A DNA stretch of 64,000 nucleotides from a virus. The notes beneath the pieces are model-generated. The model worked only from the letters and a program-made list of their open reading frames with translations. It ran no database searches and had not been told where the DNA came from. The stretch spans positions 12,090 to 76,089 of the IMG/VR virus record IMGVR_UViG_3300036985_010228. One strand, 5' to 3'. A program made the position numbers and the translations under genes. Positions 38,434 through 47,500 of the stretch are shown here, in pieces. Positions within the stretch are counted from its first letter, which is position 1; every line of letters begins with the position of its first letter.

Positions 38434-39546
38434 ATGTCGCGTGACGTTCAACTGGCTGTGCCCTGCCCTCATATCATTGGGGAGGAGCGCACCGTTCTGT
38501 CGGCTGACCGGGTCACGCTTCAGACGAAGAAGCCGATCTCGGGGATCGGCCTGCTCCAGGTGGTCGTGAACGACCAGTACCCGGTGAGCCCCTCGATCGG
38601 GATTCAGTCCTCCGGGTCGCTGACCTCCGGCAAGGCTGAGCCGTACCTGATTACGCCCGGCCTCAACGACCTGCTCGTCAGGACCCAGGACAGGTCCGTC
38701 GCGCTCAATCTGCCGACTGGATACCAGAGCGCGGCGGCCTTGGCTGCGGTCCTCAATGCAGCGGTCGCCGACCCAAAGGGCCGCCCGTTCATGGTGGCCT
38801 CGGTCGTCAACGGCGTCCTCAATCTCAAGGAGAACACCTCCTTCGGGACGACCTCCCAGGTGCGCGTCAGCGGTGGGGCGACCGACGGCCTCGGGTTCTT
38901 GGACCAGGTGGGTGCAGTCGGGCAGGTCGTCATGCCGCCCTTCAACCTCTTCAGCCTGAGCTACCAAGACCCGGAAGGCGTCTTCGAGAACGGCTACTTC
39001 ATTCAGTTCGAGAGCCCTGTCCGGGCCAACTACTACTTCGGGATCACCTATCAGGTGGTCTGGCACCAATGCCTTCGGTGCCGTGGGACAGAGGTCGAGA
39101 ACGACTGGCGCTTCGACGTGGACGGGGCACCGCTCGTCGTCCGCAACGACAACCTGCTCTACCAGTCGTGCCTGAAGATCCTGCTCACCGAACTCAAGTC
39201 GAATATCTACTACCCCTGGTACGGGGCAGGGCTCATGAGCCTGATCGGCTCGAAGTCGAACGCTGCGTCCGCCGTCAATATCAGGCAGGCTGTGCAGCAG
39301 GCGCTCTCGACGCTCCAGAACCTCCAGAACCAGCAGTCCAAGTACCAGAAGATCTCCCCCAAGGAGCGCCTCTACTCTGTGGACAACATCGGTGTGAAGC
39401 AGTCCCCTTCGGACCCAACAGTCTTTCTGGTGGACGTTTCGGTGAGGAACTACGCCATGTCTCCGATTGACATTACGATCGTCTACACAGCCCCTGGAGC
39501 CTATGCGCTTCCTGGGACAAACAAGCTGTCTTTGGGGAGCTTCTGA
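38434..39546 (+). CDS. Baseplate wedge protein with C-terminal gp25/GPW-like domain
   Basis: LYQSCLKILLTELKSNIYYPWYGAGLMSLIG...; directly upstream of the baseplate J-like gene. Confidence 0.75.
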   Translation: MSRDVQLAVPCPHIIGEERTVLSADRVTLQTKKPISGIGLLQVVVNDQYPVSPSIGIQSSGSLTSGKAEPYLITPGLNDLLVRTQDRSVALNLPTGYQSAAALAAVLNAAVADPKGRPFMVASVVNGVLNLKENTSFGTTSQVRVSGGATDGLGFLDQVGAVGQVVMPPFNLFSLSYQDPEGVFENGYFIQFESPVRANYYFGITYQVVWHQCLRCRGTEVENDWRFDVDGAPLVVRNDNLLYQSCLKILLTELKSNIYYPWYGAGLMSLIGSKSNAASAVNIRQAVQQALSTLQNLQNQQSKYQKISPKERLYSVDNIGVKQSPSDPTVFLVDVSVRNYAMSPIDITIVYTAPGAYALPGTNKLSLGSF

Positions 39547-42500
39547 ATGACGCTCAAGGTACTCGCTCCGGACGGAACCTACGGGACTGCGGTGGCCTTC
39601 TCGACCACCACCACGTCGAGGTTCTTCACCGGCACAATCAACTCCGACACGGCAGACCTCGAAGTCTCGATCCGTGGTGGCGGCTTCACGTCCGACCCCG
39701 CAATGGTGTCGTTCTCGGCGGCTGGGTGGATCGTCCCCAATCCGACCTCCTATCCGAACGGCCTCGACCTGTTCTCCGGCGAGAACCTCGTCGAGGTGCG
39801 GTCTGTGCCGCTCTCGGGCGTCCCCTCGGCTCCGGTCACAGCGTCGGTCTACCTGCTCGCTTCTTCGGTGGTTCAGTCGATCGAGACACCGACTGCGATC
39901 ACCGTCGAGCGTCTCGACAGCGCAGTGAACGTGTCGGTGCAGGGGCTCACTGACCCGACGGTCACTGGGTACAACTTCTACGCCTCGGCTACTGCGGGCG
40001 GCGGCACCGTCGGGTACTCCCGTGTCAACGCCCAGCCCGTCTCGATCCCGGTGAAGAAGGAGAGCACCGTCTCCCTCTACAACCTGACCAGCAAGAACGT
40101 CACTCAGAGCGTGGTCCCGCTGTACGTCCGGGCGCTGATCACTCAGGAGAACCTGGCCCAGGTCACCCTGGAAACGGACGTGGACTCGGCGGTTCAGATC
40201 CCCGACACCGTCTCGCAGATCCAAGTGGACGTGTCGATCTCCTCCCTGGAGCAGACCTCCTTCTTCGAGTTCCTGCACAACCGGAAGTACAACCTCTCGT
40301 CTGTCCCCTCGACCATTCCGGTGGGGTCGTTCTCGGTCCTCCCCTCGACCGAGCCCCTCTACTACGTCGTGACGGCGATCTTCTTCAACCCGGTCTCGCA
40401 GGTCGAGTACGAGTCGAGCTACTCCCAAGAGGTCGTGGCGAGCCCGATCGACGTTCGTATCTCGACGCAGAGCATTCCGGCGGTCAGCCGCCAGCAGATC
40501 CTCCAGAACTCGGTCGCCTCGATCTACCGCAAGGACAAGGACATTGCGGTCCAGCCGGGCTCGGTCGTCAGGGACACCGTCCTCGACCCGTTCTCGACAG
40601 AAGCCGAGCGTATCCGGTTCCTGCTCGACTTCATTTACCGGGCGTCGTCGTTCGACACGCTCCTAGCGATCGACGACCCGACAGGCAGCGGCGTCTCGAT
40701 CCCACCCGCCTCGTCGAGCTACAAGATCGCACTCTCGAAGGCGCTCTACCTGGCGAACCCAACCCTCGTCCAGACGGTCATTGACGGGGCGTTCGACAAG
40801 CTCGCAGCCAACTTCGGCGTGACCCGCACCCCTGGACAGCGGGCGATCGGCGAGGTCCGCTTCTACACGGCGACCACACCGACGGTCACGCTTCAGGCCC
40901 AGCTTGGAACTCTCCTCTCGGCGGGCGGCGTGTCATTCAGGTCCTCGCGCATTGCGGAGATCCCACTCGACCGGCTGGCCTCCTTCTACAACCCCTCGAC
41001 CGGCCAGTACTCGATCATTGTCCCCGCACAGGCTGTGAGCCCAGGGTCGGCGGGAAACGTCGGCCCACGGCAGATCTCCTCGGGGGCTCCGTTCGGTCTC
41101 TCGGTCACCAACGACAACGCCTTCTTCGGCGGCACCAACGCACAGAGCAACGCCGAACTCGCGGCGCTCGCACGAGGCTCTCTCTCCTCGGTCGATACCG
41201 GCACGACGCAGGGCTACTACCAGACGGCTGCGAAGGTCCCTGGTCTCGTCCAGGCCAAGGTCGTCGAGGCGGGCAACCCGCTCATGCAGCGGGACTACGA
41301 CCCGGCGACCGGGACGCATATCGGCGGCAAGGTGGACGTGTGGGCGCAGGGGCAGCGGCTCGCCACGGTCACGGACGTGTTCGCCTTCACGTTCATTCGG
41401 AAGCGGGACGTGCAGTTCGTGGTCCTCGGCGACCCTGGGGCGCTTCAGTTCCAGGCGCTCGACCCCGACCTCTCCACCACGAACCCGCTCACCGAAATGC
41501 TCGACTACCCGTCGATCGGGCTTGGGCTCAGGAACGCGACCTCGGGGCTCACCTACAACCTCGCGGGCGTCACCTACCTCAACTACAACACGATCAAGCT
41601 CTCGCTCGACGTGCCCCAGCCGTTCGAGCTACCGACCCTGACTGACGTGATCCTCGGGGACTACCGGTACAGGACGGGCGAGAAGTTCGTCTTCACTCGG
41701 CAGCCCGTGGAGAGCCTCACTACGGTCGTCGGAGAGGCGTCCGGGACGCTCGACCCTTCGATCTACTCCCTCGTCCACCCGAACTCGCCGCTGGCGCTGG
41801 GGCGGTCCACGAAGGCCGGAGACTACCTTCAGATCACGGGGAGCGCAGACCCGACGCTCTCGATCCCGACAGGGACGATCCTCGCTGTCACGAACGAGTC
41901 CCACGTCATTGTCGGGGAGTACTTCGAGTACGTCCTCCGGCTCGGGGCCGACTCACTGACCGTGAAGGTCACGAACTCGACGGGCACTGTTACCTACGCG
42001 AGTCCGTTCGTCTCCTCGACCCCCGACTACACGATCGTCGAGGGTGACCAGACCAACCCGCTGGGGATCAAGCGCACGTCTACGAGCGCGATCTCGGACG
42101 GCCAGACGGTCCTGATCAGCTACAACTACGACGAGAACTTCACCGTCACCTATCAGACCAATCTGATCACGAGCGCCCTCCAGCTAGCTCTCGACGAGAC
42201 CAAGCACGGCACGGCAGACGTGCTCGGGAAGGGCGGGGTCCCCGTCCCGGTGGACCTGACGGCGACGATCGTTCTTCGGCGCGGGTTCCAGCAGAGCACG
42301 GTGGACACTAGGATCCGCACGAACCTCGGCCTGCTGATCGCCGGGCTCCGCATGGGCGTGCCGCTTCGTCGGTCGGACGTGGTGAACGTCCTCGACTCGG
42401 TGGGCGGCGTCTCCTACGTCGTGCTGCCCATGACGAAAATGGTCCGATCGTTCGGCTCCCAGGTCGTCAAGGACAGCGTCAACTCCAGCCAGATCGGGGA

Positions 42501-42975
42501 CGCCTTCCGCGTTGACCTGTGGTCGGACGCGCTCAACTCGGTCTGGCTCCTGACCGACCAACTGACGGCAGCAACCACGACCGGCGGAGGCCCCGTGGGG
42601 AACTTCCGGGGCGTCTTCCAGGACGACGCAGCCATGGTTCTTCAGACCAGCCTGCCCGCGCAGCTTCGCGAGGCCCCCGGTCGCGCCTTCATTATCGGCA
42701 ACGAGGGCGCTGTGATCCCCAACTACAGCGACGACTCGACGCTCTACTCTCAGGGGTATATCACCCCGACCGACATTGCGAACCGTCGCCAAGCGATCAC
42801 GCAGAACCGGGTCATGGTCTCCCTTCAGATCGGGGACGCCCCGTCCAACCACACCTACTGGGCGACCTACACGGTCGCCTTCGAGACCGGTGAGAAGGAC
42901 ATTGTGCCCTCCGGCGCTGAGTACCTGACCCCCGGCGTCTTCACGTTCACCTATTCGGAGGACAAGTCGGACTAG
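39547..42975 (+). CDS. Baseplate J-like (gp6-type) protein, extended
   Basis: PGSVVRD, FDKLAANFGVTR..G.RAIGEVRF, A..PGSAGNV, GGTNAQSNAEL, GKVDVW, LRMG..LRRSDV. Confidence 0.85.
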   Translation: MTLKVLAPDGTYGTAVAFSTTTTSRFFTGTINSDTADLEVSIRGGGFTSDPAMVSFSAAGWIVPNPTSYPNGLDLFSGENLVEVRSVPLSGVPSAPVTASVYLLASSVVQSIETPTAITVERLDSAVNVSVQGLTDPTVTGYNFYASATAGGGTVGYSRVNAQPVSIPVKKESTVSLYNLTSKNVTQSVVPLYVRALITQENLAQVTLETDVDSAVQIPDTVSQIQVDVSISSLEQTSFFEFLHNRKYNLSSVPSTIPVGSFSVLPSTEPLYYVVTAIFFNPVSQVEYESSYSQEVVASPIDVRISTQSIPAVSRQQILQNSVASIYRKDKDIAVQPGSVVRDTVLDPFSTEAERIRFLLDFIYRASSFDTLLAIDDPTGSGVSIPPASSSYKIALSKALYLANPTLVQTVIDGAFDKLAANFGVTRTPGQRAIGEVRFYTATTPTVTLQAQLGTLLSAGGVSFRSSRIAEIPLDRLASFYNPSTGQYSIIVPAQAVSPGSAGNVGPRQISSGAPFGLSVTNDNAFFGGTNAQSNAELAALARGSLSSVDTGTTQGYYQTAAKVPGLVQAKVVEAGNPLMQRDYDPATGTHIGGKVDVWAQGQRLATVTDVFAFTFIRKRDVQFVVLGDPGALQFQALDPDLSTTNPLTEMLDYPSIGLGLRNATSGLTYNLAGVTYLNYNTIKLSLDVPQPFELPTLTDVILGDYRYRTGEKFVFTRQPVESLTTVVGEASGTLDPSIYSLVHPNSPLALGRSTKAGDYLQITGSADPTLSIPTGTILAVTNESHVIVGEYFEYVLRLGADSLTVKVTNSTGTVTYASPFVSSTPDYTIVEGDQTNPLGIKRTSTSAISDGQTVLISYNYDENFTVTYQTNLITSALQLALDETKHGTADVLGKGGVPVPVDLTATIVLRRGFQQSTVDTRIRTNLGLLIAGLRMGVPLRRSDVVNVLDSVGGVSYVVLPMTKMVRSFGSQVVKDSVNSSQIGDAFRVDLWSDALNSVWLLTDQLTAATTTGGGPVGNFRGVFQDDAAMVLQTSLPAQLREAPGRAFIIGNEGAVIPNYSDDSTLYSQGYITPTDIANRRQAITQNRVMVSLQIGDAPSNHTYWATYTVAFETGEKDIVPSGAEYLTPGVFTFTYSEDKSD

Positions 42976-43008
42976 ACCTCACGCTCTGACTGGGCTACAG
43001 TTCGTGGC

Positions 43009-43887
43009 ATGAGGTTCAACTACGGCGGCAAGGCAAACCTGGGTGGGATCTACAGGATCCTCAATCTCGTGAACGGGCGCTTCTACATAGGGAGCACGTT
43101 CCGATTCAAGACCCGGTGGCCTCAGCATGAGTATGCCCTGCGAAGAGGAGCCCACTCCAACCGAGCCCTTCAAGGCGACTTCCACGAGTCAGGAACTGAC
43201 GCTTTTGCGATTGAGGTTGTGCAGGTGGTGCTTGAAGGGAAGGAGGCACGAATTGCTCTCGAAGAGGATATGCTCGCCTCCCACTTTGACAGCCAAATCC
43301 TTTGCTACAACGCAACCGTCAAGTGCCCACCCTCTCAAGAAGGCTTGAGGAAAGGACCCTGCCCAGCAGGGACAAAGGCAAAGATCCGCGCCGCGAAGAT
43401 AGGGGCTGACAAGCCAACCCGAGAAGTTATCGAGAGGCGCAGGGTTGGGATCCGTGCCGCCTATGCAGAGAGGGGTGACGTGATTCGTGAGAAGCTCAAG
43501 GCGGTCCACCTGGGGTCAAATCGCCCGGAGTCCACGAGGGAGAAAATGCGCGAGGCGTGGGTTCGCCGAAAGGCGAGGGCTGCCCAGCCTGGCCTCCCAC
43601 TCGTCTCTGACGCACAACGTGAACAACTCCGTGCGGTCTACACGACTGAGGAGTCGGTGGCAAAGTTCAAGGCTCGGATGGGGACGGAAGAGATCAAAGC
43701 GAAGCGCGTTGAGTCCTGGAAGAAGGTCCGCCCACGAGGCACGAAGAGGACACCCACCCCTGAAAGGACCAAGGAGAAGATTCGTGCCTCAAAGATTGGG
43801 AAGCCACGCACGGAGGCCGCCAAAGCTGCCATGCGGGCCGGACACGCGAGGCGTCGAGAGCGTCTAGCGTCTGAAGACCGGACCTGA
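43009..43887 (+). mobile_element. Second free-standing GIY-YIG homing endonuclease
   Basis: GGIYRILNLVNGRFYIGST, RWPQH...H.N..LQ.DF, CYN; NUMOD3-like repeats; atypical codons. Confidence 0.9.
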
Positions 43888-44018
43888 CACCTCCGTCTGG
43901 GGGTGTGACTTCACTCACCCTGCCACAGGACGCACCAGACCACCACTCGCCGCCCCAGACGGCACCAGACGGCACTGGAGCGTCAGGTGGTGTGAAGTCA
44001 AAAGGTGTAACATGGGGG

Positions 44019-44429
44019 ATGAAGAACGAGGACAATGTGTGTGGCTTCTGCCGCCGATCTTTCCACACCCCCCAGGCAAAGGACGCCCATGTACACTGGT
44101 GCCATCACCAATGCTCGGTCTGTAAAGTCATCCTCAAAACTGCAAGCTCCCTGATGAATCACTGGGGTAGGTGTCACCCACAATGTCCGAAGTGTGTGAA
44201 AACCGGCAACTGCGATCACTTCGAGAGCCACAAGGCTTTGGTGGAGCACTACCTGAAGGAACACCCAGAGGTGGCGGCTCCGGCGAAGCCACGGCCTCTC
44301 TTTTTCCGCTGCCCCGTTTGCAAAAAGAAGTTCCCGGCAGAGCAGGGTATGAAGGACCACCATCGGTTCGTGCATACCAAGGTGGCCGCAGTTGGCGATC
44401 AGGAACACCCCGAGAAGAGCCTTGGGTGA
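44019..44429 (+). CDS. Protein with four tandem C2H2-type zinc fingers
   Basis: CGFC...H...CH, CSVC...H...CH, CPKC...H....H, CPVCKKKF...HHRFVH. ATG 44019 is 5 nt after TAACAT. Confidence 0.75.
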   Translation: MKNEDNVCGFCRRSFHTPQAKDAHVHWCHHQCSVCKVILKTASSLMNHWGRCHPQCPKCVKTGNCDHFESHKALVEHYLKEHPEVAAPAKPRPLFFRCPVCKKKFPAEQGMKDHHRFVHTKVAAVGDQEHPEKSLG

Positions 44430-44520
44430 TTCTACCGAACTTCGACCAGGTCGTGAACAGGTAGCGCCCCGCCTACCAAGGGCTGTGCGGTTCTCCTCCT
44501 CTCGGGCAGAGAGGTAGAGC

Positions 44521-47500
44521 ATGGCTACGGATCCCACACCCAAGTCTCGTGCGACCGGCGGCCTGGTCACAGTCCTCCCGGCGTCTGTGACCGGGCCGAC
44601 CGTCCAGAACCCGGCCCCCTTCGACCAAGAGGGCCAGGTTGACGAGTCGCGTGTCCGGGCTGTCGCCGACCAGATCACGACGGTCTTCCTCAACTCGCTC
44701 CCGTCGAACTACGTCGCGGAGACGAAGGGGCCGTACTACGCCCAGCAATTCCAGGCGATTGCGGAGGAACTCGCCCGTATTCAGGTCACCTCGGAGGACG
44801 CCTACGAGGACGCGGACTACAACTTCACGCGCCCAGAAGTCCTCTTCCAGTTCCTCGCGGACCTGATCTTCCCGACCTCCGCCGAGACGGGCCTGCCGAA
44901 TCTCGACGGCGACCTCACCTACAGGGCGTTCCTTCAGAAAATGGTCGTGTTGCTCCTCAAGGGCAGCAAGACCGTCACGCTCCTCGAAGGCGTCGAGGCT
45001 CTCACCGACGCTGAAGTCTCGGTCCTCGACGAGTCCGACTTCATTGGGAAGCCGGGCGTCGGCTGGGGGGTCGCGAACCGGTTCACGTTCGAGGTCAACG
45101 TCTCGAACCACCACCGGACGACTGGTGGCAGCACGGTTGACCCCCACTACCACACGGTCAAGATCAATGCGGCGGGCGAGGGCGTCACCACGGGGATCAC
45201 CTGGGCGGACGGCTCTGGTCCTGACCACGTCCACGTCATTCTGGGGTTCCTCGTCGCAGAGGCTTCGGCGACGGGCCTCCCGGCGCACACGCACGACCTG
45301 CTCTCGGACTTCGCCAATCTCCCGATCATTCTCGCGCAGAACGTCGCGATCGTCATGCGGGCGCTCCGCCCCGCGCACACGCTCTACGAGTACCGCAACC
45401 TCTTCCGCGAGACGTACCGCCACGTCTTCACCGACGACTACCAGAAGCTCGAACTCGACTCGTACTACTACGACGACTTCCGGAAATACTGCACAGGCGT
45501 CAAGGAGATTGGCTCCTCCACCGGGGTTATTTTCGCCGACAGGTACACGCTCAACGACGTGGTGAGCTTCCGGTCGGTCCGGGTCGGGGCTCCGCTCGTG
45601 ATCGCCTCTGGGGCGAACGCGGGTCGCTACCTCGTCCGTGAGGTGCTCTCATTCCCGTTCGGTGACGACCCGGTCGCTCGGGCGTACACAACCTCGCCTA
45701 CGGGACTGAGCGGCACGGCCAGCGTCGTGGACGGGGCGTTCGTTGACCTCCTTCAGGATTGGGCGCTCGCCGTCCCAGGGGAGGTTCTCACCTTCGCGGT
45801 CGGACCCAACGCAGGTCGGTACGTCCTGGAGACGGTCCTCGGCTTGAACGGCGGCCCGGTCGGTTCGGCTGCTGGCCCTGCAACTGAGGTTCGCCCTGCG
45901 GTCTGCTTCCTGCGGGTTGGCCCCAAGTTCCCGGCGGCAGCCAGCGGTGTGGCCTACACGGTCGAAGTGGACCGCCTCGGCATTCGGTCCTCGATTGAGG
46001 TCACGAACGAGGACGTGGCGAGCCAGTTCTTCGCGCCTCCTGCTGGCGGCCAGGCGAGCTTCTTCACGGCTCGCGGGCCTCTCGTCAGGCGCTACGGGGA
46101 CGCGACCCCGGCGACCCGTTCGGACGTGACGGTCCTCTACGACGGGGTGCCTGTCGCAGTCTCCGACGTGAACCCGTACACCGGGGAGGTCACGCTTTCC
46201 GCCCCGCTCGCGAGGTTTGCTCCTGGGGCGCACACGGTCACGATCTCGTACCGGTGGTTCCCTGCCCCGCTCATGGGCTTCGCTGGGCTCAACACGAAGG
46301 GTGTCACGCTCAATCGGTGGAGCTTGGCGGGCGGTCGGAACACGACCTCGCCGACCTCTGGCGGGTACTGGGGCGGCTTTCGGACCTCGCGGTTCCCGCT
46401 GTCCCTCGGGCTCGGCAGGTTCCCCAAGAGGAAGCCCCCGGTCAGGATCGCCCACAGGTACATTGCCTTCGAGCGCGCCTACACCTCGGCCCTGAACTCC
46501 CCGACGACGCTGCTCCTCAATCAGGCCCCAGGCAGGGTCTCGGTCCCCTACGCTGAGGCTGACGTTGTACCGACGGCAGTTCAGTACGAGGGCACGGCCA
46601 GCCCAGCAACTCCGTGGACAGCTAAGGGCTCGGTCACGGGCACCTCTGACGGTGACCGCTACACGCTCACGGACTCCAGCACGACAGAGGTGGGCTACTG
46701 GTCGCAGGACTTCGAGCTTCCTGTCGCTTCGGTGGTGGGGACGGCGGCCCGGTTCCAGATCGAGAGCTACACGCTCGACGGGGTGTTCACGGGTGTCGGG
46801 TTCGGGATCCACAACGACCGGCGGCTCTACCTGGCGGGTGCGCTCGTCGTCAACGGGCTCAAGCACATTGGCCTCTTGGCCCGGCCCGGTGAACTCAATG
46901 CACTGAGTTCGTGGATCGTCGGCCCTCTCGCCAACAGCACGATCCTCGCCCCCAAGATCGTAACCTGCACGCTTGCTCAGGCACCGAAGCTGCTGGCCTC
47001 CGGGCAGAAGTTTCAGATCCTCTCTGGCAATCAGGCGGGCGTCTACACGGTCGATCAGGTCTTCCTCGACCGCAGGCGCAACCTCGCCACGATCACGATC
47101 GTCGAGACGTTCCCAGGCAATCCCGCCCTCTTCGGCAACAAGTACGTCGATCTCGTCTTCGAGACAGCATGGGACGCCGGGCAATGCACCTGGCGGCTCT
47201 ACGCCAGCACCCGCAACGACTCAGTGCAGCTTGTGTTCGGCGGGGCGACCGGCGGCACGCTCGCCACTGTCTCGGGCGGACCAGTTCTGGCCTCTCCGGC
47301 GTACCTCGGGCCTGACGTTCTTCCGCAGGGCTCGGGCCGCTACCTCTGGGGCTCGTTCGACCGCAAGGCCACGAACACGACGACGTGGGACTTCGTTCGG
47401 TACCTGTCCACGCCCGACGGTGGAACTCGGTTCTCGCGTGGCACCGTCGTAGACACGCAAATGACTGGGGACCCGGAGGACGCCGAGTGGTTCCTCACGA

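Noticed and set aside
34832-43980. CRISPR array
   Set aside because: The repeats are 10-12 bp and tandem with no spacers; no cas genes are present.
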